A DNA stretch of 64,000 nucleotides. It comes from Orbicella franksi. Lineage: Eukaryota. Within the stretch, counting starts at the first letter, position 1. Each line of letters opens with the position of its first letter. The DNA is taken from contig OZ116708.1 of assembly GCA_964199315.1 (NCBI GenBank), forward strand, positions 3,968,001-4,032,000, given 5' to 3'. Position numbers and translations under genes: made by a program. Shown here in pieces: positions 1 through 19,228 of this stretch. The notes under the pieces are model-generated. The model made no database searches, had not been told where the DNA came from, and was given only the letters and a program-made list of their open reading frames with translations.

Positions 1-50
1 ACAGCAATGCCTTGTTCTGTGTAAGCAGAGATGTCACTTGGTCGATCCAT
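1..50 (-). CDS. 5' end of a BH3-only-like microprotein gene (copy A), truncated by the window edge
   Basis: ATG at 50 (-) gives MDRPSDISAYTEQGIA, matching MNHPSDLSARTERGFT of the 3012 ORF. Acceptor TTTACAG at 102-108 and the UTR (ACCATAAGGG...AATAATTTGAGCAAATC-ATG) match the + copy. A non-coding first exon ends at a GTAAG donor at 461/462; TATAAAAG lies at 575-582. The BH3 motif itself is outside the window. Confidence 0.75.
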   Translation of the reverse strand, partial: MDRPSDISAYTEQGIA

Positions 51-559
51 GATTTGCTCAAATTATTGCCAGTGACAATTTGCCCTTATGGTAAGTAGTT
101 CCTGTAAACACGAATCGTAAAATCATTTCATGTTTAAATATTGGTCTTAATGTTGGGAGTAAATTAATATCACAGAAATGTGACTTCAGCCCTTAAGGCA
201 TGCTTAACCCGTTAGTTTGTATCATTACGTTGTCCCATTGCAATATTGCTGTTGGTGCGATTCGTCCAATGTACTTAGCGACCTCACTAATGAAAGCAAA
301 ACGTGCTAGGAACGAGGAACGAAAAAATGGGATTCAATTGTGCTTGCAAAACAAAAACAACAAATATGTTTGCTCAAAATTCCGTAGAAAACGTTGAAAA
401 ATCGATGGCACATGAAAAACCAAAATATTCTAGAAACATTGACCTCTGGAAACAAACTTACCCAGAGTTCTGTATCCTTCTCACTTCTCAGCTTGACTTT
501 TTGCTGAAGTTCGACTCTCTTGTTCCACACGGGAGCTGGTAAGAGCTAATATGAACTAA

Positions 560-720
560 CCATGGCATGAAGCCCTTTTATAGGCCGAACCATCGTCCAA
601 AAATCACGAATCACGAAACAAATAACACGAAATATCACGTAACTCCATACCGTGTTTGTAAATCTTAACAACAATACCTCAGAGAGAGCCGGAGGGCACA
701 ACATCACGAGAACGGATTTC
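560..720 (-). promoter_or_regulatory. Promoter module of copy A (TATA box plus clustered CACGA motifs)
   Basis: Aligns in reverse complement with 2430-2590, e.g. TACAAACACG...CGTGATATTT..TGTTATTTGTTTCGTG.TTCGTGATTTTTGGA...ATAAAAGGG. Confidence 0.65.
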
Positions 721-989
721 AATAAAAACAAGCTCACATTATTTCACCAAGACTGAATTGTTTTAACTTCATGATTTTTCTATGTTTAAATCTTGCTTAA
801 GGCATATGTTATAGTAAACATAAGGGTTTATTTGCGATATCGTGTTGTGTACCGTGGTCTTGAAATCACATGAGGAGGATCACGTTCACTTATTCTCAAA
901 AACAAGTGAGTTAAATACTAGTTATTACTCACGATATATTATTTATGTAAATGTGTATGAGAAATGTTATGATTATCAATCTGAGGACT

Positions 990-1770
990 ACTGAAATTAC
1001 TCTGAGTAAATGTATTAGCCCAGTTCATGTCATGACAAACTTCAAGAGGTGACACTTCCTCAGTTAATGTGAATTGTTTTTATGAAGTGTCCTTCAACTT
1101 GAGAATATTTCCGGTACATCTGTTTTTCAATTTATTTTTCATCATTGACTTACGATAATTTTATTCCCGACAAATTACGTTGGCAAGAGGTGTTGTAAAA
1201 TATATGAAGCGTGTTTTACTTGAAATATATATCTGGCTAAATATCTAAGTAGATAAAGTCAGAGGAATTTAAGCTTACTAAAAAAGCAATTTTCCTAGCA
1301 TGGTAATGCATACAGAAAACGTGAAGGTTCCTCAAGAGATGTAAATCGCCTTTCTTAATCTTTATGCCATACAATTCAATTTGTTTCATATAGCAAGAAA
1401 TATCTACAGCCACAGTATGTAATTACAGTAGATGGTCGCGCCTATGGTGCGAAGTTTCGCTCTCAGGTCAACTACTCTGGCTTGACTGTTGCTGACATAT
1501 TTTAATCCAGCTCTGTGTAGTACGTAAGTCCACAATTTAGATCTCAGGAGAAAACACGAAACACAAAGAAAATCACAGAATCAAAACATCGTCATTATCA
1601 TTTCCCATGTTCACAATAGTAGACTAGTAACAATAACTCACGAGAGGGCACTGTACTGAGAAACGTCACGAGATAAAAATTGGATAAACTTAGGCTAAAT
1701 AAACATATTGAACAAAATTTTCCACTCTAATGTTCACATATGACGCTCATGTTTAAGATACTACAAACAT
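990..1770 (-). pseudogene. Probable decayed third copy of the BH3-only gene (promoter, first exon and coding relics)
   Basis: 1625-1680 matches the promoter module (AACAATA.CTCACGA.AG.GC...TCACGAGA.AAAATT). 1475-1498 matches the copy A first exon (GCTTGACT.TTGCTGA). 1084-1122 reads MYRKYSQVEGHF, a possible eroded BH3, with stops and frameshifts. Confidence 0.45.
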
Positions 1771-2429
1771 TTCCATATACAAAACTTTCTTTTTGTTGTA
1801 CTGATATCTTTGCTCTGTTAAGAAACTAGCCCGTGTATGCAATGGCTAATTGAAATAATGCTAGAAAATGAGGTCGATCGGGCAGGCAACCTATATCACA
1901 GTATTTATCATGTATAATTTTCATTATTATCTGTCATTAATCAGCGATTTGATGAAACTTGAATTGATATTTCGTTTATTCTGTCAAGCGAATCTATAAA
2001 AGGTCTAGAACTCTTATACACACACGGCTAACATTGCTAATAACTATGATTAGTTTTGTAATAAATAAAATGAAAAATCGGCAGAATACTTTTCTATGTA
2101 AATATACTTCGTGAGAACGGAAACGATCCTTTCAGGTTTGTCCTGAAATGAACTGAACTCTTTCTTAGCTATTCTTGCAGTCATCAGAATAATAATCATA
2201 ATATTTGTCAAAAACATTTGCATGAAAAAGATAACGTGAGTAAAAACCATTATCTATGTCGCTTTGATTGTTTTTAAGGTGTGCGTCCTTACTAACCTCA
2301 TGAAAACAGCAGATAACTTAAAGATCACAGAGCGAGCTTTCACCTTTACTATGAGAGGTTCGTAGTATCATGTGAACAAATACAGTTCAAATGGTTGAAA
2401 TCTATGCACTAATAGTATAATCTGAACTT

Positions 2430-2590
2430 TTTTTGGCTAAAATTTTGTCTCGTGATGTTGTTCCAAAAAGCTCTATCGTGAAGTATTGTTGCTAAGGGTT
2501 ACAAACACGATTTTGTGTTGCGTGATATTTGATGTTATTTGTTTCGTGTTTCGTGATTTTTGGAGGTTGCCGTGGGCAATAAAAGGGTCC
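2430..2590 (+). promoter_or_regulatory. Promoter module of copy B
   Basis: Inverted homolog of 560-720. AATAAAAG at 2578-2585 precedes a non-coding exon ending at a GTAAGT donor (2675/2676); intron 2676-2967 ends in TTTTCACAG. Confidence 0.65.
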
Positions 2591-3011
2591 CACACCTTGA
2601 TGAATTCATAACTACCAGCTTCGGTGAGGAGAGGAACACTGAAACATTGATCCCTTCGAAATCATTCTTGGCTAGGTAAGTTGGATTTTTAGAGGTCATT
2701 TTAACAAAATATTCTGGCAATTTGCATCAAAATGAAACTGCATAAGAGAAAGATTTGTCTCGTTGAAGGATTTTTGCTTTGCCAGCCCGATCATCCCTAT
2801 TTCATTCCTTACTCAGATTTTTCTTCAAACATTACGTTTTGTAACACCGACTCCCAACTTCATATCTTCAGAATCCCTTCATATCGACGTTGCGATAGAT
2901 CATGCTGGGTCAGCGAAAACAGCGGGGCATTTTACTGAATGTAATAATTTTATGCTTCTTTTCACAGGATCTGCAGACCATTAGGGGAATTTTTAATAAT
3001 CTGAGCAAATT

Positions 3012-3221
3012 ATGAATCACCCAAGTGACCTCTCTGCTCGCACAGAACGAGGCTTTACTAATAAAGAAAATGCAGAGGCAATTAAATTTGTTGCCGGAAA
3101 ACTGGCGCTCGTTGGCGACCAGCTGAACCAGTCATATGAAGAATCGCGTTGCAGCGAAGTCAGGTCATGTATAAAGCTGGAAAGTTGCTTAGACATTTTG
3201 CGTTTGGTGCTGAAGGCGTAA
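3012..3221 (+). CDS. BH3-only-like microprotein (copy B), 69 aa
   Basis: Residues 27-42 VAGKLALVGDQLNQSY fit the BH3 consensus h-s-x-x-L-x-x-h-G-D-x-h-N. Amphipathic C-terminal helix LESCLDILRLVLKA. Spliced 5' UTR, and a paralog with conserved N-terminus at 1-50. Confidence 0.8.
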   Translation: MNHPSDLSARTERGFTNKENAEAIKFVAGKLALVGDQLNQSYEESRCSEVRSCIKLESCLDILRLVLKA

Positions 3222-6003
3222 ACCAGAAAGTTTAAAATAAACAAGAGGGCGACTGGAAATGCTCGGAAGTGTGTTCTGAAAGCAGGAAACTTATTGAGGA
3301 TGCTTCAAAATGAGATTTGAATGAAATGTATGCTCTGTGGACAAAGTTCAGGAGTTTTATCTATGAAAGAACGAAAATATGAACTGATCGAACACTGAAT
3401 TAAAGTCAAATCTAGAAATCCGATAAAACTGTATTTTATTATAAACGTTTTGATAGACTGAAACGACTAGTTGATCGCTTTTCAGTGTAATTATATTTGC
3501 TTATGGCTTAAGATATAGTTTTTTAGTTTTAGAATCACTGCAATTTAATCTTTTACTTTCTAACCAAACGGCAAAAAGCTAGTTAGACTTTTTGCCCGAT
3601 TGTTAAGAAGGTTCTGTTGACAATATATATGAAGAGGGAAAATAAATCTACCGGTCTGATAACATCCGGTATCGACTGATACTTTGATGAAGCATTCCAC
3701 TTATTTACTTGTCGGTTAACATATGTTCAGTCCACAGATTGCCCAAAGTAGTAAAACAGTGTGGGGTGATAAACTTGCCAATGATATTTTGTATCCTTAC
3801 CATTGAGATCACATGAAGCCAAACAATTTCATGACCTGTAAAAAAAAATAAAAAAACATTCGTAACTAAAACAGAAGTGAAAAATTTGCATTTTGCTGTC
3901 CTGCATGCAGCTGAAAACGATTTCTTTTGAAAAGGTGGTAAGTGCCTAATATATCACAAAGGGACGTTAAAAAGAACGCGAGCCAATGAGGAATACTGCT
4001 TTTTAACTACTGTCGTAATTACTTCTCACAAAATATATCAAGCACGTCAGTATGTTTTTTATGGTCGGGAGACAGCGATTCATGCTAAAGGAAGGCCAGT
4101 GAAGAAAAATCCATTTCCCACTAGCTGACTTCCCTGATTTTAAGATTTTCAGAATATGTGGAAATCGATATGCAATGGAGAAAGTCTATGTTTACTGCGA
4201 CATTCAAGCTTTGTCACAAAATAACCATGTAGGCAATTAATTGCAAGTGATTGCCTCACGAATGAGATATTTTCTGAAATTTACGTTCAGAAGTGATACT
4301 TTGGTATGATTATGAATACATAAGCAGCTTTTTTAGCTTTGAGATCTAAGAGGAAAATGTCTGTACTCGTTCTTAACTTTTAATAGATTTACAGGCCAAT
4401 CTAGTCTGTCCCATCTCTTTATGTTTTCAGAAAAGATAATTGCTCTTTCTCGTTGGTACTGAATATAGCAAATAATTATTTTAGACTAGCGTCATATGTG
4501 CAAAAAACCGCTTCATATTATCCTAGAAATCGCACGAAACATATTTCAAACTGCAATGACCGATTTCGTTTACTGAGGCTTAACCGAATCACTAGTTAAT
4601 CGCGCGAGATTGAGAAAGCCAACTTAACTTACCTTCAAACGGAATAAGTTTGTAATCTTTTAAATTCATAAATCGTGTTCCTATTTATAAGGAAATACAT
4701 TTGGAAATGGAAAATTGTAAGGATGTATTTTGTCTTTTAATTTCACAAAACAATACCAACAACATTAGTGGATTTAAAAATTGCCATGACGACCTGAGGA
4801 ATTTCGCCCTTTACGTCTTTCGTCACTAAGAGCTAAGAAAAATAAAAACAAAAAAATCAAGCTTTATTTGAAAAGATTTCAAGCTGGTCTTCGCTGTGGT
4901 TTTATCTTTGATTTGTGGTAAAATTGTATCTCATTTATCTTTTGTGGAAATAAGTGTGATTTTGATTTTAAACCTCTCCACTGGCAAATCGTGATAGAGG
5001 CACATTATTCCAATCATAAGGAGGTTGAAACATCTGAAACAAGTAACGTAGTCAACACCACGTATTTCATGAACGAGAAAAGAAAATCAGAGTATTTAAT
5101 TCAGGGAGGTACTAGAGTTATCCTGAATTCACTATCACATTAGTCACTTTTTCTCTGATAAAATGTAAATTTCTGTCAGTCGATTTTCAGCCCTCCATCT
5201 CTCACGATTGTAATTACTGCTTTTTGTGTTCCTTATATTTGTGTTGCTTATTTGATAACAAATGAGCTTCATCGACCAGCAAAATGTCATAGATCAGGCC
5301 GAGTTTATTTAACTGGGAAGATTGTTTTCTAATTTTTTCGATTTTCTAGCGCTCCCATGATTCACTATACATATTACCTCAGTTACAAGGATAAATCGTA
5401 AACGTCCCGGCCCAACGGACTTACGTCATCACCTAAAAAATTGCCTAATCCGATTACATCACCAGTAGCCTCCTACACAGAGGATTACACAGAGGCTCTT
5501 TAGGCTCGTCACGCAATCTTCCTCTCCCATAGGAGACTAGATTACCAGCCGCTGGTCGGGAAAGGAGCAGGCGCCCTTCCCCCGTGGATGGAACGTAGTC
5601 CAGAGGACTCGAGAGAGCCTTCTTCCCACCCCTCCTCAAAAATAATCCAATGACTGGATTAGGGTCAGGGTCACCGGCGCTATACTTAGCTAAAATAAGT
5701 CTACAAGACTGAAAGAATTTTTACAACGTTGTTAAACTTTGAATATATTTCTAAAAGTAATAATATCATTTTGAATACACAGTTAAAATTCTGATAATGA
5801 TCCCTGATGTCTTTGTTTTTAGCAATGTCATTACTTTATGAGACAAGCAAGCTCTAATGTCGTTCCAAATAAGTTCATTTTTGGAGAGACGGGGTGTATT
5901 ATCATATCAGGGTTTTTTTCGTCATGGATTTCAATGGTGAGGGGGAATATTTATAGTTCCGTGGGGACGGATTTGCACACAACAGGGTATTTAAAATAAG
6001 CTG

Positions 6004-7314
6004 TTATCCGTCTGAAAGTGATACGGCGAGGTCATATTGTGTTGTATCTGACCCATTCACCGGTCTATAATCGAGGAGTCTCATAAGAGATTGACAGCTT
6101 TCTTCTATAATATTTACAATACACGGGTCCATGTCAACCCTCCATTTGTCGACAACAACTTTTGAGTTTCTGTTCGTTGAGAAGTGATTTTTTTCTTCCT
6201 TCTCGTTGATTGCGCCCTCGCCAGTGTGAGCTTTTATCCAGTCGAGAGAACTCTGTTGCATATCAAGTCCTGTGATTTTATAAACTCTTCGTAGGATTTC
6301 TACGGGATTTCTAGCAAGGTCCTCGTATCGAAGCATATATGATCGGGGCTTCATCCAGCTCGGTCGGTTTTCAAATATCCTCACATTTTCCTCCACTTGT
6401 TGGCAAATAGTTTTGCTGTATTGTCTAATGACCGGTTGAGGCGAAGGAGTGTTTGTTTTGCGGGAAGCCCAAACAAAACCAACTTTCATATGAGAAAAGA
6501 CTAGCGAGCGAGGATCCCGAACCAGATAAATAATCCCGCAATCACTCGAATTACACAGCGGGAACAGCGAGTCGACCCGAAAGCTGGGGATTCTCGCAGT
6601 GAGAATTTTCAAGACTGTTTTACTGTAGTTTTTGCAGACAGATTCCATATTGTAGGGATTTAAGTGCACGCATTGCAATTTCTTCTTGCTTTGATTCTGG
6701 TTTTTCGCGGCGCATAATGGCGGAGACGAAAGCGCTTTGCTGGAGAGTCTCCTGAACTTCTCAATTTCTTGAATATATTGTGGAAATTCGAATTTACAGC
6801 GCAGCATTCCTTCAAGGAATTTCATCGGTCTTGGGTCGTTAGGTTGCTTTGGTGGAGCGATGCCATACAGAGGCTCAAACAAGTAAAACACATCTGGATG
6901 TTGATTGAAAGCATCCCCAAGAAACGATGATCCCGTGCGAGCTTGCCCTATGATGATAAGTCTTCGTACTGACGTTTTCATGTCCGCCAGCCGCGCAGTT
7001 TGGATGAGAGACGATCTTGACAGTTTCACGTTCTCTTGCCGAGCAGTTTGACCGGGAGACGATCTTACTGTTGCTTTCGCGAGAACGTTCCCTCGCAGAG
7101 CAGTATGCGAGATGATACCTCGATTTTCGGTGGCCCGAGTCACGACAAAACTGCTATCTTGCCTCAACCGTTCCGATTTGCGCGATCTCTCCTCGTCCGT
7201 GTGGATCCGTTCATGTGTCAAAGTCCACGTAAATAACGACAGAGAAGATGCAACAGCTAGGACACCGAGAAGGCGAATGAAAAATTTCTTTCTTATCAAA
7301 ATTGGCGCCATCAT
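6004..7314 (-). CDS. Carbohydrate sulfotransferase (CHST1/CHST3-like Golgi type II membrane protein), intronless, 436 aa
   Basis: N-terminal transmembrane segment; 5'-PSB motif IIIGQARTGSSFLGDAFNQHPDVFYLFEPLY; 3'-PB motif IIYLVRDPRSLVFS; LRYEDLARNP and KWR motifs. Confidence 0.93.
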   Translation of the reverse strand: MMAPILIRKKFFIRLLGVLAVASSLSLFTWTLTHERIHTDEERSRKSERLRQDSSFVVTRATENRGIISHTALRGNVLAKATVRSSPGQTARQENVKLSRSSLIQTARLADMKTSVRRLIIIGQARTGSSFLGDAFNQHPDVFYLFEPLYGIAPPKQPNDPRPMKFLEGMLRCKFEFPQYIQEIEKFRRLSSKALSSPPLCAAKNQNQSKKKLQCVHLNPYNMESVCKNYSKTVLKILTARIPSFRVDSLFPLCNSSDCGIIYLVRDPRSLVFSHMKVGFVWASRKTNTPSPQPVIRQYSKTICQQVEENVRIFENRPSWMKPRSYMLRYEDLARNPVEILRRVYKITGLDMQQSSLDWIKAHTGEGAINEKEEKNHFSTNRNSKVVVDKWRVDMDPCIVNIIEESCQSLMRLLDYRPVNGSDTTQYDLAVSLSDG

Positions 7315-7764
7315 GGTCTATGAACACTAGATACTTCCGATCAGTAATCACAGTTTTGTCAGTCATCTTGTGCACGCAACCGGCGAAATACCTGACAAGG
7401 ATTGCGGCGTGAACTGTAGGGGGGCTAAATACGCGCGATTTAGCTTAGTTATTCCGCGATTTGTGGCCAGCTCTGTGACACAAGTTTCGCATTCTTCTAA
7501 ACTTATTGCGTGATTTGCCGGCTTTTCGCAACAGTTTTGAAAGTCTTATAACGACTACTTGAAGCCTGCTTCGCAGACAGTACATACCGTAGCCCGGGGA
7601 GAGGCGGCTGAGACACAGGCTATACATGCCGCTGGTATACATTACAGGGTTAAATTTCCGCTAACAAAGACGTGATTGAACAGGTGTAGGTCCGCAATGG
7701 GTACTGACCTGGCTTTGCATGTTCGGGAATCAAGAGCTGCAGCCGAGGCCATAAACATGATCGC

Positions 7765-8080
7765 CAAATTCCGACTTTTCCTTGATAAAAATAAAATTTC
7801 CCTGACCAAAGAAATACAAATTGCCAGGTCTACATGTAGTAGCGGCTTCTTCCACTCCTTCATTAAGAGTGACAATTTTTCGACAAATTTTCCTTCTTTA
7901 TTGAGAAAAACTATCATTGAGATCAGTGATCCAATGTTTCTTGTGGCCTTCAATAATATTAAATCAGCCGTATTAAAAATATTTCAATTTTCCCTGACTT
8001 TCCTACAAAAGGTTTTTCCCTGACTCGAAATAAAATTTCTTGACTTTTCCCTGACCTTGAAGAATATTTTTTCCCTGTGG
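7765..8080 (-). repeat. Interspersed repeat fragment with recurring GTCAGGGAAA motifs
   Basis: Four TTTCCCTGAC copies on + at about 7797, 7989, 8016 and 8047; it accounts for most of the ORFs at 7642-8023. Confidence 0.55.
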
Positions 8081-9210
8081 CAACTCTGATAAGCTTGCAA
8101 AAGGCTCGAGCTGACCTTTACCACCCTTTCCTGTATCAGCGAAGCCCAAAACGTTTAAATTAAGGGAGGGGAAAGGCCAGCGCTAGAGCTTTTTTTGCTA
8201 AGAGAAGTAACCACCGTGAAAGAATTTGCGGAGCTTCATTCAATGAAACTTTGAAAAGGAAATTTTATTGCCTTGGTTTTGAAAAAAAAAAGATGTTACA
8301 GAAAAGATTTTCTCGTAAAATAAAACTTGCATGACTTTATAACTGAAAACTTTCAACAGTCGGGATACAAAAGCTGTTTACACAAATCTCCGTCAAGCTT
8401 TCGGAGGGTTTTCAATTACCGTTAACCAATCAGAAACAAGACCGAGTACTCATGAGTACTCCGAACATTCTCCCACGTTCTTTGCAATGGCTTTGCGTCG
8501 TCGTTGTAAATTCCAGACCCCTATTTAAATGATTCCGGAAACGTGCAGCAGTTATTGTTCGGGTCACTGTTTGAGTCATTTATTTAGTTCTTAGTGACCT
8601 AATAAAAAAGTTCGAACTACTGGGGACGATAAGCAAAAAAGCCTCCTTAAACCCTGACTGTTTACAGAAAGCATGGCAAAGAAAACTTGGAAAAATTGAA
8701 GCATTAAAAACTACAACGAAAATTAAAATCTGACGTGGATGGTCTTAACAAATAATCTCAGAAAAACAGATTATTCTTGAATTAGAAGAACTCGACAATT
8801 CTGGCTGACATACTGACTAAGATGCTCCAACAATGTTCAGTGTGTACACGATTCCACAACGAAATACAGTTCTCTTATATATAATATTTTGTCTGGGTAA
8901 ATTATCCGTACATAAACAAATAATGTTTGAATCTGCTGTTCTTTTCTCTTTACCCACATTTAACACGCGAGAAAGTCCGTCAGCGTCAGCTGGAAAATAC
9001 ACTGCCCATGTTTTATATCACGTCAGGAGACCGCAATCGCATGACCAGGACGAAAACTGCGGCTGGACAAGGATACAGGCATCTCACTTCATCTTTTCAT
9101 AACAATCATGTCACGTGTAACTCACGTACCACTCACGTGACAGCTCTTGTTGGATAACGGTCTTTCTTTCTCGTTTGACAGTTTGGAGTAGTTAGCAGAA
9201 GCGGGGAGTT

Positions 9211-17942
<8,732 letters not shown>

Positions 17943-19228
17943 TTTTCGTGTGGCTGGGGCTCAACAGAAATGAAGAAGTACGACAATTTGAAAGTGTCAA
18001 GCTGCCATTTTGAATTTCAAAGATGGACACCAGATAGGAGGGACAGATGGGTATCGTTTACTTGAATATGTAGTGCCCAGTTTTCTCCGATGGTACTTAC
18101 ATGTACGGAAAACGGACGATAACTGCAGAAATTCTCGCGCACTAATTGGCTAATTTTCACTGTCAATAAGCGGACAGACACATGAATTTAGAATTTATGC
18201 GATGTGTCAACGAGCGAGAGCGGACAATTTGACAATTTGCTGTTAAGGACAAATTGATGTCAGTTGTCTTGCTATTGACAACGAATTTCGTCATAACATT
18301 GTCAACAGCTACTTTGACAGGACAGATGCATGAAAAGCTGACGTTAATTTGTTAAATGGCTGATGAATTATGCTCGATTATTTTTTCCCACTGGTTGTTA
18401 TGATTTCTTTTATTCAAGCACTACCCATTCGGGTGGACGAAGCAGTTTAGCCCTAACGTAAATGTACTGTGTGAAGGGGTACTTCCTCGTGGTCACGTGA
18501 CTAACCCATGTAAAGTTACGTCGTTCTCACCTCATTTAGGATAAGAATTAGTCATAGAGCACAAGGATTTTATTTGACACTACGATGTAAGCAATCGTGG
18601 GGTATCCTACTCAAGCTAATTTTAGGGGTCGATTTTTAAGCGACGCGTTAATTTCCATGCATCTTGCCAGGTGCCTTGATTGGGTGAGACGTTGGCAGGC
18701 TGTTCATATTTTAGAAATCACATCGAAGGGACGTAACAAGACATCGGAATACCGAGGAAACAGTGTATTTTGTACATTTTTACAACCTTTTGAGGAAGTT
18801 TATTTAGAAAAGAAAAACTCAATTGTCCAATTATGAAATCTAGTCTAGGACAATGGGAACCTTATGTCATCCCCATTTCGCGCACAAGTTCAATTATTTT
18901 TCAATCGCAGCAAAAATGATAAAGGGATTTAAGACGCAGTTTGTTCTTCCAGGATGAGGAATAATTGTGTGAAAGGCAGTCCTGAATTATTAAATAGCTA
19001 TTAAGCCATTGAGCCATTAAGTTCTGATTGAGGAGAAATTTTGAAAAAAATGTTAGTTTACGTCGAGACATGGTTTCCGATATCCACCATCAGAATACAT
19101 GCATGCAATGGGATACATTTCTGCTATCTTTTTTGATTAGTTAATGTTGTTTTTTTGCCTCTCCCTTTGACGATTAAAGTCAGCAACGCATCAGACTTAA
19201 TCTCACTCCAGGCTTATCCACAATGGCT

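Noticed and set aside
540-2700. p53 response elements in the BH3-only promoters (expected by analogy with Noxa/PUMA)
   Set aside because: No convincing paired RRRCWWGYYY site was seen by eye here or at 31560-32790; a matrix scan would be needed to exclude weak sites.
4633-4690. TATA-like element plus a short exon ending in GTAAGT on the minus strand (possible fourth copy or antisense RNA)
   Set aside because: No downstream BH3-coding exon was found and similarity to the promoter module is limited to about 9 nt.
7445-8023. Two minus-strand ORFs with a TAATG stop/start overlap and an antisense ORF, suggesting a translationally coupled pair
   Set aside because: Most of the region lies in a GTCAGGGAAA-rich repeat, the called start is TTG, and no domain is recognisable.
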